DNA from: a virus
Length of the DNA stretch: 64,000 nt
Reading direction: 5' to 3' (one strand)
Virus record (IMG/VR): IMGVR_UViG_3300036790_000468
Location: 1-64,000 of that record
The position numbers and the translations under genes were made by a program. Numbering within the stretch: the stretch's first letter is position 1; every line of letters starts with the position of its first letter. This document shows positions 54,862-64,000 of this stretch, in pieces. The notes beneath the pieces are model-generated. The model did no database searches, had not been told where the DNA came from, and worked only from the letters and a program-made list of their open reading frames with translations.

Positions 54862-55235
54862 GCGAATACACCAACCTGAACAACCGATACCTCGAGCCCG
54901 TCTGGATCGAAGGGGAGTGGGCCTGCGTCCACGCCCCCGGCGCCCTCGACTACCTGACCCAGGAGCGCGCCCGTTCCTACCTGATCGCCGCGGCGGCCAC
55001 GTCGCCGACGGGCAACCTCGCCGTCTACCTCGGCAACACCGCCTTCTGCGACTCGGCGGGCCTCGGGCTCCTTATCGGCGCGCGCAAACGCGCAGCAGCG
55101 CGCGGCGCCCGGGTCGCTCTCGTCGCGACGCCGCCCCTCCTGCTGGAGCGGCTGGCGCTCACGGGACTCAAGGATTGCTTCGAGCTGGTGCAGAGCATCG
55201 CCGAACTCACCGACGCGTCATCGAGGAGCTCCTGA
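54858..55235 (+). CDS. STAS-domain anti-sigma factor antagonist
   Basis: GALDY, FCDSAGLGLL and LALTGL. Confidence 0.85.
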   Translation: MSEYTNLNNRYLEPVWIEGEWACVHAPGALDYLTQERARSYLIAAAATSPTGNLAVYLGNTAFCDSAGLGLLIGARKRAAARGARVALVATPPLLLERLALTGLKDCFELVQSIAELTDASSRSS

Positions 55236-55624
55236 TGGCGTTCGACGTTACCGGCGCCTCTCGCGGCGCCGCATCCGAGGGCCGAGGCCGGCCCGATGTC
55301 GCTGCGCCGTTGACGGCCCCCGAGCTCGCCCAGGCGCTGCGCGAGGCCGCTATGGTGGCGCACGGCGACCGGCGCCACGATCTCCTCACCGTGCTGAACG
55401 TCTTGGCAAGCGACCATCGCCCCGACCTGCGCGAACTACCCACGCTCTGGCAGATCACGGACGCCGTCCGAGCCGTCTCGCTCTCGCCTGGCGCCCCGTA
55501 TGCAGGGTCTGCGAACGCCGCGCAGCGCTGGTGCTGGCAGCACGGGAAGAGTCTCGCTGACCTTCTCCTGGAGGCAGCGGTGCGGATCGAAGGCGGCGCA
55601 ACTGGCCGTGAGGGCGCCGGATGA
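55235..55624 (+). CDS. Hypothetical protein
   Basis: TGATG coupling to the upstream gene. Confidence 0.5.
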   Translation: MAFDVTGASRGAASEGRGRPDVAAPLTAPELAQALREAAMVAHGDRRHDLLTVLNVLASDHRPDLRELPTLWQITDAVRAVSLSPGAPYAGSANAAQRWCWQHGKSLADLLLEAAVRIEGGATGREGAG

Positions 55625-55639
55625 ACGGGCGCCTCGCGG

Positions 55640-55894
55640 TCAGTCCCGTTGTCGCCGGCGCGCGAGGCGGTTGGCGGTCATCACGTTCATCGGCACCTGC
55701 TTGGCGACCGCCCGCTCGGATTCCCCCGTCTGCTCACGCTGCGCTCGGATGGCTGCGCCGATCGAGTCCCTGACTTTCGGGAGCGCGTCGAGCAATTCGC
55801 GCTCCAGTGCGAGCCCCGCGCGCGCTCTCTGCAGGGGATCGGGAATCGCCGCGACCTGCTCGATCCACGACGCGAGTTCAGATTCCCGGGACAC
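55640..55894 (-). CDS. Small HTH protein, divergent from the transfer operon
   Basis: SERAVAKQVPMNVMTANRLA; dyad TAACA-N4-TGTTA near 55934-55948. Confidence 0.6.
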   Translation of the reverse strand: MSRESELASWIEQVAAIPDPLQRARAGLALERELLDALPKVRDSIGAAIRAQREQTGESERAVAKQVPMNVMTANRLARRRQRD

Positions 55895-55973
55895 AAGAAA
55901 AGAGATTAGCGCCGCAGAGCGCCGATCCGTGCATAACACCCCTGTTACACTGCGCCGCTCGAAGGAGGACACC

Positions 55974-56867
55974 ATGGCCACACCATCCAGCACCACCCCG
56001 CAGCGCGTCCTCGCCGTGGCGCGCATCGGCGGCGGCCTGTCCCTGGTCGCCGCCGCCATGATCAGCTTCGAGGGCCTCAACGGCCTCGGCGCCCTGATCG
56101 GCATCCACCCCTCGTGGCTGCTCCCGCTCGCGATCGACATCTACGCCGTCACCTGCGCCGTGGTCGCGCTGAACCTCCCCGCGGGGCACGCCGTGCGCGG
56201 GAGCGCCGTGGGCAACGCGGCACTCGGCCTGCTGATGTCGATGGGCGGCAACTCCACCTACCGCGGCATGACCCACGGCTGGTCCGGTCACAACATCATC
56301 CTGATGGTCGCGGACGCGTGCCCCAGCCTGATCGTCGAGAGACTGATCCACCTCGTCGGCGTCCTCGCGCGCGGCGCCGCGACCACCGAGACACGCGACG
56401 AGGCCGAGGCAGCCGCGCCCGCGCCAGTCCAGGCGCGCCGCGCCCAGCACACGCCTGTCGCTACCGCGCCGCGCCACGCCGCCAACGCCCAGCCGCTACC
56501 GGGCCCGGCGCCGCAACCGACCGCTACCGCTACCACCGCGCCCCCGACTGCTACCGAGCCCGCGCCCACCGCGCCGCCGCCCACCCCCACTACCGCGCCC
56601 GCGACCACCACCGCGCCCACCGCGCCCGGCCGAACGACCTTGAGCACCCCGACCGCGCGCCAGCAGAAGATCCGCAACCTGATCCTCGAGCGCGGCCGCG
56701 AGAACGTCGACGGCGCCATGGTCGGCGAAGCCCTCGGCGTGCACCGCTCCAACGGCCGCCTCGCCCTCAAGAAGTTCCTCGAAGACCTCGACGCGGGCCT
56801 CGTCTCGCTCAACGCGTCGTCGTCGTTGTCGTCGTCACCCGCAGTCGTCCCCGCGGCAACGCCGTGA
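55974..56867 (+). CDS. DUF2637/Spd-like membrane protein with C-terminal HTH
   Basis: ISFEGL..L, WLLPLAID and SMGGN TM motifs; GAMVGEALGVHRSNGR. Confidence 0.75.
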   Translation: MATPSSTTPQRVLAVARIGGGLSLVAAAMISFEGLNGLGALIGIHPSWLLPLAIDIYAVTCAVVALNLPAGHAVRGSAVGNAALGLLMSMGGNSTYRGMTHGWSGHNIILMVADACPSLIVERLIHLVGVLARGAATTETRDEAEAAAPAPVQARRAQHTPVATAPRHAANAQPLPGPAPQPTATATTAPPTATEPAPTAPPPTPTTAPATTTAPTAPGRTTLSTPTARQQKIRNLILERGRENVDGAMVGEALGVHRSNGRLALKKFLEDLDAGLVSLNASSSLSSSPAVVPAATP

Positions 56868-56937
56868 CCGGCCAGAACCCAGGCGACGACACCCGGCGAC
56901 GACAACGACGACGCACGACGACAAGGACGACGACGAC

Positions 56938-58365
56938 ATGAGCAGCGACACCACCGGAGCCGCGGCCCCCGAACCGAAACCGGGCCGGGGCCCCCGGCAC
57001 CGCACCACCCGGCACGTTCTGGTGCACGGCACCGGAGCCACCGGGGTCTCTGCGCTGGCCGCCGCCGGCCACGCCTTCGGCCCGGCCGGGATAGCCGCAG
57101 CCGCCGGAGGCGGCGTGCTCATAGCCTGCGGCGGATACGCGCTGCGCCGGACCTCGAAGTCCCGCGGCCGCAGCCAGCGTCCGGCCCCGCGCCACCGCGT
57201 GCGCCGCCCGCAGACCGCGACCGGCGCACGCACCTCGGCGGGACTGCGTCGCGACCCGGGCGCGACCCCGCGACGCCCCGGCACCTCCGCGACCGGGGCG
57301 TCGCGGGGTCGCGCCGTACCGGCCGCGACCGGGTCACGTCGCGTCGCGGGACTGCGTCGCGCACAAGCCCCGTCGCGCACCGACGCGACGAAGGGCGGCC
57401 GGCGGGTTGCGACCACCGTTCGGCGACCGCGACCGATCTCGACCGCGCCCCGCGCCGCCGGTTCCTCGCGACGCGGCAAGAGCGCGACCGCCACGCGACC
57501 CGGTCGCGCCGGCGGAACCGGGCCCGTCTCGACGCGCCGGGCCCGGGAGGCCGCGACGCGCACCCGCGTCCGCCGCGTCGCAAAGCGCCCCGCGCCGCGC
57601 ATTCCCGCGCCTCCAACCGGAGCGCCGCGCGCTACCGCGGGCCGCCGCCCGACGCGACCCCTGGCCAGCACGCCACGCGGGCGCCGCGCTGCCCGGCGGC
57701 TGCGCCGGCGCGCCGCCCGCGCCTGGCGCTTCACCTCGGCTGGCGCCAAGGCCTCGCGCCCATACCTGCGACTTCGCCCGCCCGCCCAACACGGCAAGCC
57801 GCGGCTGAAAGCGGCCGCACGCCGCCAGCCGGCGCCGGGCGCCAAGAAGCCCCCGGCGAACAAAGATACGAACACCCCGCGCGCGAACAAGGCCCCGGCC
57901 AGCGCCACCGGCAGCCAGAAGGCAGCCAGAGTCCCTGCGCCGCGCCGCCCTGCAGCCAAGCCCGGGCGCCCCATCACACCCCCCGGCCGAGAGAAGGCAA
58001 CCGTGTCCGAAGCTGATATTTCGCCCGGCGGCATCACCGCCATCATCGACTCGATCCACCAGCACCTCGACGGCTTCGAACCCGACTCCGCGCTGGCGAT
58101 CCTCGGATTCCTCTCCGGGTTCGAGTCGCTCTACACCGAGCTCGGCGGCGCGCTGCTGCGCCTCGGCGACCGCCTGGGCAGCGACTACCCGATCGACCGC
58201 TCCGTCGTCGAGCACCTCCACGACATGGGCGCACACACCCTCACCCTCGGCGCGTGGGGCGCCCAGACACACCACCTGGCCCGCGCTGCCCACGAGACCG
58301 AAATCCAGCGCATCGAGCAGCCCCGCCCGCGCGAAGGCATGTGGGACGTGGACCGCTACAACTAG
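56938..58365 (+). CDS. TraA-like AICE/plasmid transfer accessory protein
   Basis: TM N-terminus, Arg-rich linker, C-terminal HETEIQRIEQPR..EGMWDV directly before TraB. Confidence 0.6.
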   Translation: MSSDTTGAAAPEPKPGRGPRHRTTRHVLVHGTGATGVSALAAAGHAFGPAGIAAAAGGGVLIACGGYALRRTSKSRGRSQRPAPRHRVRRPQTATGARTSAGLRRDPGATPRRPGTSATGASRGRAVPAATGSRRVAGLRRAQAPSRTDATKGGRRVATTVRRPRPISTAPRAAGSSRRGKSATATRPGRAGGTGPVSTRRAREAATRTRVRRVAKRPAPRIPAPPTGAPRATAGRRPTRPLASTPRGRRAARRLRRRAARAWRFTSAGAKASRPYLRLRPPAQHGKPRLKAAARRQPAPGAKKPPANKDTNTPRANKAPASATGSQKAARVPAPRRPAAKPGRPITPPGREKATVSEADISPGGITAIIDSIHQHLDGFEPDSALAILGFLSGFESLYTELGGALLRLGDRLGSDYPIDRSVVEHLHDMGAHTLTLGAWGAQTHHLARAAHETEIQRIEQPRPREGMWDVDRYN

Positions 58366-58427
58366 CCACCCGAGCCGGCCGGGCGCGTCAGAGTGCGCGC
58401 GGCCCCAATCTTCGAAGGGATGGGCGG

Positions 58428-60422
58428 ATGACCCAGAAGGAAAGCTGGCTCGAGGTCGAGTGGCGCCACCACGACCTCTCGACCCCGGCCCTGACCGCAG
58501 TGAGCCTCTACGCGCTCGAGGCCGCCGCGAGCCTCGTGCTCCACGATGGCCAGGTCGACGGCATCGCGGCGATCGGGGCGCTGGCTACCGCGAGCGTGGT
58601 CTGGACGCGCTCGTGCGCCTTCTGGATGGCGGTCTACCTCACCGCCGCCACGCTCGTGACCCTTGCCTGGATCCTCTACGCGGAGCACGCCAGCCCGTTC
58701 ACCGCCCGCGCCCTGACGTTCGCGGCCGGCGCGGCCGTCGGGCTCGGCGTGCTCTACCAGGGTGCCGTGCGCGCCGAACGCGCGGAGAGGCAGGAGACGG
58801 ACCGGCGCCTGGCTGCGCGTGCTGAGGCCGGGGAGTGGCCCAGCGTCTTCGCCGCCCTCGGCATCCCCGGCGTGGAACTCGTCGAGGAGAGCGAGTTCCG
58901 TGCCGGGCGCACCGCGACGCTGCGCCTGCCCGCCCACGGCCGCGCCACCTTCACCAGGGTCGCAGCCCTGGCCGAGCGGCTCGAGACGGTCCTGGACCTG
59001 CCCGGCGGGTCGGTGAAGTTCCGGCAGGGGGAGACGGCACGCGGGTTCCATGTGGACATCCACACCCGCGATGTCCTGGCCGAGGACCTCCCCTTCGAGT
59101 TCGAGACCAGCCCAACGAGCATCAGCGAGCCCTTCGACATCGGCCGCGACGTGTTCGGCGAAGACATCATGGTCCTGATTCGCGAGATCCGCGCCGCGAT
59201 CTTCGCGCCGCCCGGATCCGGCAAATCCAACCTGCTCAACGTCCTGATCGCCCGGCTGCTGCGGTGTGTCGACGTCGTGATCTGGGCCATCGACTTCAAG
59301 GGCGGCCGCATGATCAAACCCTGGCTGCAGCCCTGGTTCGAGGGCGTCACCGACCGGCCAGTGATCGACTGGGTCGCCACCACCCCCCGCGAAGCCCAGC
59401 TGCTGCTCCAGGGGCTCAAGGACGTGATCGAGCATCGATCCGGCCGCGGCGTCGGCGAGAAGATCACCCCCAGCGCGCGACAGCCCGCGATCATCCTGAT
59501 CTCGGACGAAGGGTCCTCTGTCGTCGGGCTGGACGCCGTTGCCGGGCGCGCCCTGGCAACCCTCGTGAAGGACATCATCGCCCTGGGCCGATCCGAAGCC
59601 GTCGACGCGATCCTCTGCTTCCTTCGCGCGAGCGTACCCATGACCGGCACCAGCGACCTCAAGGCGCTCTCCAAGCTGCGCATCACCCTCGGCGCCACCA
59701 GCGCGGCCGACGCGACCGCCGCCACCGACAACCCCGGCATGGGCGGCGAGGTCACAGCGTTCGAACACCCGGGCACGATGCTGGTGCAGAAAGGGCGCAA
59801 GAACGTGCGGATCGGCAAGTCCCTGCGCATGGAGGATCCCGACGTGCCCTACGTCGCAAGGATTTACTCCGACCGGCGCCCGGCCCTCGAACCCGACGCC
59901 GAGCAGGCTCTGGGAGCGGTCTACGCCGAACGCTGGAGCCTGGCGCGCTGCGGGCACCTCCTGCCGTTCGAGCGGCAGCAGGAGCTCGGATTCGATCCGA
60001 AGACGGCCGCGGCCGCCGTCGCGCAGGAGGCCGCCGCGCACCCCGCAGCGCCGGCCGCCCCGCTGACGCTGCCAACGATCCCGCCGCCGCCGGCGAACGC
60101 ACGCCCCGCCTACAAGACCGTGCAGGGCGAGCCGATACCGCGCGCGCTCGACGACCAAGCGGTCGAGGACCTTTTCGCCGGCCTGCGCGGCCAGGTCGAC
60201 GAGGCTCTGAGTTCCGTGCGCATCGGGCCAGAGCGGATGCTCGCGCTCGTGCGTGCGGCCGGCCGAGAGGGGATCTCCCCGAAGTCCTTGACCGAGCAGC
60301 TCAACGCGGAGGACATCGGCGTCGGGCGCCAAGCCGTGCACGACTGGCTCACCGAGGCAATCAAAGACGGACTGATCATCCGGCGACTGCGCGGCGAGTA
60401 CGTGGCGGCCGAGTATGCCTGA
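58428..60422 (+). CDS. FtsK/SpoIIIE-family conjugative DNA translocase (TraB-like)
   Basis: N-terminal TMs, PGSGKS Walker A, IDFKGG, ISDE, GRSEAV and a C-terminal wHTH. Confidence 0.88.
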   Translation: MTQKESWLEVEWRHHDLSTPALTAVSLYALEAAASLVLHDGQVDGIAAIGALATASVVWTRSCAFWMAVYLTAATLVTLAWILYAEHASPFTARALTFAAGAAVGLGVLYQGAVRAERAERQETDRRLAARAEAGEWPSVFAALGIPGVELVEESEFRAGRTATLRLPAHGRATFTRVAALAERLETVLDLPGGSVKFRQGETARGFHVDIHTRDVLAEDLPFEFETSPTSISEPFDIGRDVFGEDIMVLIREIRAAIFAPPGSGKSNLLNVLIARLLRCVDVVIWAIDFKGGRMIKPWLQPWFEGVTDRPVIDWVATTPREAQLLLQGLKDVIEHRSGRGVGEKITPSARQPAIILISDEGSSVVGLDAVAGRALATLVKDIIALGRSEAVDAILCFLRASVPMTGTSDLKALSKLRITLGATSAADATAATDNPGMGGEVTAFEHPGTMLVQKGRKNVRIGKSLRMEDPDVPYVARIYSDRRPALEPDAEQALGAVYAERWSLARCGHLLPFERQQELGFDPKTAAAAVAQEAAAHPAAPAAPLTLPTIPPPPANARPAYKTVQGEPIPRALDDQAVEDLFAGLRGQVDEALSSVRIGPERMLALVRAAGREGISPKSLTEQLNAEDIGVGRQAVHDWLTEAIKDGLIIRRLRGEYVAAEYA

Positions 60423-60600
60423 GATCTCCTACGCCGCGGCCGCGCGTGTTGGGCTGCTGCTGCGGGCCGTCCAGGCCGGCGACAGGGCATTGGTGGCTGA
60501 GATGCTGCTCTCCATCCCCGAGGCCGAGGTCGGGGCGGTCGAGGCCCGGCTGCGCAGATTCGGCGCCGACCCCGCGATACTGCTCGCTCCCACTACGTAG
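60415..60600 (+). CDS. Small hypothetical protein
   Basis: Overlaps the traB stop. Confidence 0.45.
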   Translation: MPEISYAAAARVGLLLRAVQAGDRALVAEMLLSIPEAEVGAVEARLRRFGADPAILLAPTT

Positions 60601-60793
60601 TGTCCGCGCGAGAGTGCTACCGTAGAGCCTTGCTCCCCGGCTTGCCGGGGATGAACCCGGAGCGGTTGTTGCTTCCCGCTCTCTCCCCGCCTCGCGCGGG
60701 GATGGCATACGACTTCGAGCCCCTGCCGAGGACCATCCGGCAGGGGCTTCGTCGTGAGCGGTGACGAAGGCGTAGCCCAGGCACGACGAAAGC

Positions 60794-60817
60794 GGCCCCA
60801 CCCCGAAGGGTGGGGCC
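60794..60817. terminator. Intrinsic terminator hairpin between convergent operons
   Basis: GGCCCCACCC-CGAA-GGGTGGGGCC. Confidence 0.75.
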
Positions 60818-60833
60818 ATCGCTCTGCCGGGGC

Positions 60834-61643
60834 TCAGTGCCGACGACGTCGCCCTCCGCGCCGCGACCGCCCGGGGCGCCGCCACCGCCGGCCACCAGTC
60901 GGCAGCGCCCGATGATCGCGTGCGGGCACGAGCGTCGCCAGCGCCACGGAGACCAGTGGCAACGACGGCGCCGGGTGCAGCGGCGCGTCCGCTCCGCTCG
61001 CTCCCCCCGTCGGCGTGCCGCTCGCACCCGAGGGCGACGCGCTCGCCACCGGGGTGCACGCGTAGTTCGGCGCCGGCTGCTGGGTGTCGAGCGGGCACGT
61101 GTAGACGTTGCCCTGCGGATCGGTCAGCGAGAACCCGGCCGGCGGTGAACCCGGCGCGCCGCTCGGGCCGGGCGCTCCCTGCTGGCCCGCCGGTCCCTGC
61201 GCGCCTTCGGCCCCGGCCGCGCCGGGTTCGCCGGGGGATCCCGGTGCGCCCGGTGATCCTGCGGCGCCCGGGCTCCCCGGCGGTCCCGCCGGGCCGCTCG
61301 GCCCGCTCACGCCGGGGCCGCCGATGGCGCCGGGCGAACCGGCCACGCCGCTCGCGCCCACCGCACCCGGAGCGCCAGCGGCTCCGGCCGGCCCGGCCGG
61401 TCCGGCCGCGCCCTGGATGATCTGCGCCGGCGCCGGGGGAACCGGGGTCACCCCGTGCGCGCGCAGCTGCGCCTCAGCCGTCGTCAGATTCTCGGCCAGC
61501 GCATCGATCGCCCTGCCCTGCGTGTCGATCGCGGCGTGCTGGGAGGCGAGCGTCGAGATCACCCAGACTCCGAGGGCGGCCGCGAGCACCGCTGCGAGCG
61601 CCACCCACCACTTGCGCAGCACCACGCCGGCATGTCGCATCAC
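60834..61643 (-). CDS. Collagen-like membrane-anchored protein of the lysis cassette
   Basis: TM, coiled coil, Gly-X-Y run, C-terminal YTC...YAC. Confidence 0.85.
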   Translation of the reverse strand: MMRHAGVVLRKWWVALAAVLAAALGVWVISTLASQHAAIDTQGRAIDALAENLTTAEAQLRAHGVTPVPPAPAQIIQGAAGPAGPAGAAGAPGAVGASGVAGSPGAIGGPGVSGPSGPAGPPGSPGAAGSPGAPGSPGEPGAAGAEGAQGPAGQQGAPGPSGAPGSPPAGFSLTDPQGNVYTCPLDTQQPAPNYACTPVASASPSGASGTPTGGASGADAPLHPAPSLPLVSVALATLVPARDHRALPTGGRRWRRPGRSRRGGRRRRH

Positions 61644-61645
61644 GA

Positions 61646-62092
61646 TCAGTGGCCTCCCTGGCCGAGCAGCGCGATGAGCACCGCGGCGATGGTGCCGATC
61701 GCGATCACGGCCGCGATGATGTTCGCGGTGCGGCTGCTGCCGTTGCTCTCCTCGGACCGCGAGCGCTCGCGCTCAGCGGCGAGCTTCCCGTCGAACTCCG
61801 CGACGATGGCGTCCAGGCGCCGCAGGAACTCCTGGCGCATGCTCGCGAGCGCAGCCTCGAGCTCCGCGTTCTTCGCGATCAGCGCGCTCTTGCGCTCCAG
61901 GCTCGTGGACTCGACCTGCGCGAAACGCGCGAGCATATCGGCTTTGAGATCGGCCACGACCGCGGCCAGGGCGCGGTGCTGGGCGTCCCACAGCTCGCTC
62001 GGCACCATCGAGCGGGCCAGCTCCATCAGGCGCATCTCGTGCCGGTCGAGCGTCCTGCGGATCTCTCCGGCGCCCATCTCCTCCTCAGCCAC
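61646..62092 (-). CDS. Lysis-cassette membrane protein (holin-like)
   Basis: GEIRRTLDR, coiled coil, C-terminal TM. Confidence 0.65.
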   Translation of the reverse strand: MAEEEMGAGEIRRTLDRHEMRLMELARSMVPSELWDAQHRALAAVVADLKADMLARFAQVESTSLERKSALIAKNAELEAALASMRQEFLRRLDAIVAEFDGKLAAERERSRSEESNGSSRTANIIAAVIAIGTIAAVLIALLGQGGH

Positions 62093-62140
62093 GTGCGATC
62101 TCCGGTCTCTCGGCCGAGGGCGACGGCAGACGATCTCAGG

Positions 62141-63133
62141 TCAGGGGTGGATCTTGAGCTTCGCGCTCGTGCGCGGCCCGACGATCCCGTCGACCAGCAG
62201 CCGCGACTCGCGCTGGAACGCTGAGACCTCCTGCGCGGTGAGCGGACCGGCCACCGAGTCGGTGCCCCCGGCACCGAGGTGCTCGGCCGCGAGGGCCCGC
62301 TGGACCACCAGGGTCCGGGCGACCAGCGCGCCCCACGTGTGCTCGCCGACGATCCCGTCGACCAGGAGCGCCGCCGCCTTCTGATACGCCTTGACGGCAG
62401 CGAGGGTGTCGGGCCCGAACCGGGCGTCGACGCCCTTCGGATCCTGCCCGCCGAGCATCAGCGAGCGCTGCAGCACCTCCACCCAGTACCCGGACTCCCC
62501 GAAGGACACCGTCGGCCGGCCCGCCGCGGCCGCCGACGGCGCGGGGGCCGGGGGCGACGGCATCCACAGCCCCGCGGTGGAGGCGGCCTCGTCCAGGTCG
62601 ACGTCGACCCCGCCGAGAGTCGTGCCGTTGAGCACCTGCCGGATGGTGTACGCCGGCGCCCACTGACCCGAGGACCAGGCGTAGGTCTGCCACAGGTAGT
62701 CGTAGCCCGCGGCGTGCGCCGCCTCGATCACCTCGTAGTCGCCGTACACCCCGACCAGAGCCTTGGAGCCCTCGGCGTCCGAGGCTCCGTGCAGGTAGTC
62801 GAGCACCGACCCGATCTGGCCCGTCGTCGCATCCAGGTCGACCGCGAAGTAGATCGGCAGGCCGGCCGGGAACCCGAGGGCGCTGGCCTGGGCGCGCGCG
62901 GTCCCCGCCTCCGCCAGGCCCTGGGCGTACCCGGCGAGCGGGGAGACACCGGTGGTCTCCCACACCAGCCCGATCCCGATCCCGACGGCGTGCAGGCCGT
63001 CGCGCTCCGAAGTGGTCAGGTTCTTGCTCGGGTCGGCGCTCACGTAGCGCATCGCGTAGGCGATTCCCGCGGCCTTGAGAGCGGCGGTGGACGGAAGGTC
63101 GAAGGCGTAGTCGACGCCGCGAACAGTGGTCAT
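62141..63133 (-). CDS. Endolysin: DUF1906 (Rv2525c-like) glycoside hydrolase + PG_binding_1 repeats
   Basis: GVDYA, RYVS, VWET, PIYFAVD and WQTYAWS; VDGIVG repeats. Confidence 0.92.
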   Translation of the reverse strand: MTTVRGVDYAFDLPSTAALKAAGIAYAMRYVSADPSKNLTTSERDGLHAVGIGIGLVWETTGVSPLAGYAQGLAEAGTARAQASALGFPAGLPIYFAVDLDATTGQIGSVLDYLHGASDAEGSKALVGVYGDYEVIEAAHAAGYDYLWQTYAWSSGQWAPAYTIRQVLNGTTLGGVDVDLDEAASTAGLWMPSPPAPAPSAAAAGRPTVSFGESGYWVEVLQRSLMLGGQDPKGVDARFGPDTLAAVKAYQKAAALLVDGIVGEHTWGALVARTLVVQRALAAEHLGAGGTDSVAGPLTAQEVSAFQRESRLLVDGIVGPRTSAKLKIHP

Positions 63134-63622
63134 CTAGCTCTCCGGGGGATTGGTGGTGTCAGCGGACTGTGCCTTTGCGATCTCGGCGCGGGCCTTCGCA
63201 GCGACCTGGTCTACGTCCACGGCGAGCCGTTCGGCGACCGCCGCGATCACGGCGTCCTGGACGGCGAGGTGGATGGCAGCTTCGTGCTGGCCGTGCAGGA
63301 TCGCCTCGGTGTCGGCGAAGGCCTGGATGTTGCGCCGCTCGGCCGCCCGGCCGAGGACCACGGCGCCGACCATCAAGAGCGGAAGACTCCACAGCTGGAT
63401 CCAGTTGGACCAGTACAGGAGCGTGGCCTGCTCCGTCGTGAACACGGCGCCCAGCGCACCGTAGATCACGAATACGTAGGTGCACCACATCGTGCCGAAC
63501 ACGATCGTCGCCCGCGCCGCTACCCGGTCGTTGACCGAGACGCGCGTCTGCGCGAGGGTGACAGGGCCCTGAGCCGTGCGCCTCTCGACGTGCGGGTGCG
63601 GCGCGTGCTTGTAGAGGGTCAC
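63134..63622 (-). CDS. DUF1003-like membrane protein
   Basis: NDRVA..T..FGTMW and [12 protein letters not shown]. Confidence 0.7.
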   Translation of the reverse strand: MTLYKHAPHPHVERRTAQGPVTLAQTRVSVNDRVAARATIVFGTMWCTYVFVIYGALGAVFTTEQATLLYWSNWIQLWSLPLLMVGAVVLGRAAERRNIQAFADTEAILHGQHEAAIHLAVQDAVIAAVAERLAVDVDQVAAKARAEIAKAQSADTTNPPES

Positions 63623-64000
63623 TTCGCCGCCGCCCTCAGCATATGCGTGTGGATCACATCGACGCGGGCGCGCGCCTCGGCGGCGACGTGCGCGTCGCGG
63701 ATGACGGTGAGCTGGTTGTCCTGCAGCGACTCGCCGCTCCGCGACCAGTTCGTCGACCCGGTCACCACGTCCAGGCCGTCGACGATCACCAGTTTCATGT
63801 GCATGATCGCGCCGCGCTCGCTACGGCCGGTGGCGATCGAGTTGCCCGGGAAGGAGGACTTCGCCAGGAGCGCGCGCTCGTGAACGCCCCCGGCCTGCGA
63901 GGAGTCGAGGGTGAGCTGCACGAAGCAGTTCTCCGCGTCGAGCTGCTCGTGCAGCGCGGCCGCGAGCTCCTCGTCGTCGAACCCGTACATCGCGACCACC
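63619..64000 (-). CDS. Phospholipase D-like (single HKD) protein, 5'-truncated
   Basis: [10 protein letters not shown]...TGSTNWS...QDN. Confidence 0.85.
   Translation of the reverse strand, partial: VVAMYGFDDEELAAALHEQLDAENCFVQLTLDSSQAGGVHERALLAKSSFPGNSIATGRSERGAIMHMKLVIVDGLDVVTGSTNWSRSGESLQDNQLTVIRDAHVAAEARARVDVIHTHMLRAAAK

Larger units (their letters stand above)
35182..64000 (-). mobile_element. Temperate phage gene set B (lysis, conjugation/accessory island, attP, tyrosine integrase, immunity, early/replication genes); continues off the right edge
   Basis: Second lysis cassette, second integrase and repressor, replication initiator, WhiB, VRR-NUC. Confidence 0.75.

Noticed and set aside
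50186-60600. Independent AICE made of the integrase plus the traB module
   Set aside because: No RepSA/RepAM or adjacent xis in AICE order; the integrase is linked to a phage repressor and early genes, and att lies between int and tra.

Overview
High-GC actinobacterial temperate phage DNA, with no intact host housekeeping gene visible. Two siphovirus-type gene sets lie head to tail, both mostly on the minus strand. Left set (phage A, about 1-35.2 kb, read right to left): TerS/TerL, portal, scaffold, capsid, head-tail and tail genes, a GH25-like lysin, an accessory island (GntR, HATPase, lipoprotein, orphan FxSxx-COOH-like RiPP precursor), an intact-looking attP, a large serine integrase, a CI/Cro switch, an antirepressor, a Rad52-like SSAP and a DUF6745-like gene with a 12-bp VNTR. 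Right set (phage B, about 35.2-64 kb): a second lysis cassette (PLD, DUF1003-like, DUF1906 lysin, collagen-like), a TraB/TraA/Spd-like conjugation module, an XRE-TPR/flavoprotein/HATPase/STAS island, an intact-looking attP carrying the 3' end of a host tldE/pmbA-like gene, a tyrosine integrase, a repressor, and early genes (YqaJ, a replication initiator with iterons, VRR-NUC, WhiB, LuxR). The main findings are six actinobacterial LexA boxes at the late/lysis promoters, a conjugation module inside a phage, and a phage-borne orphan RiPP precursor. Family assignments come from motif recognition by eye; no database searches were run.
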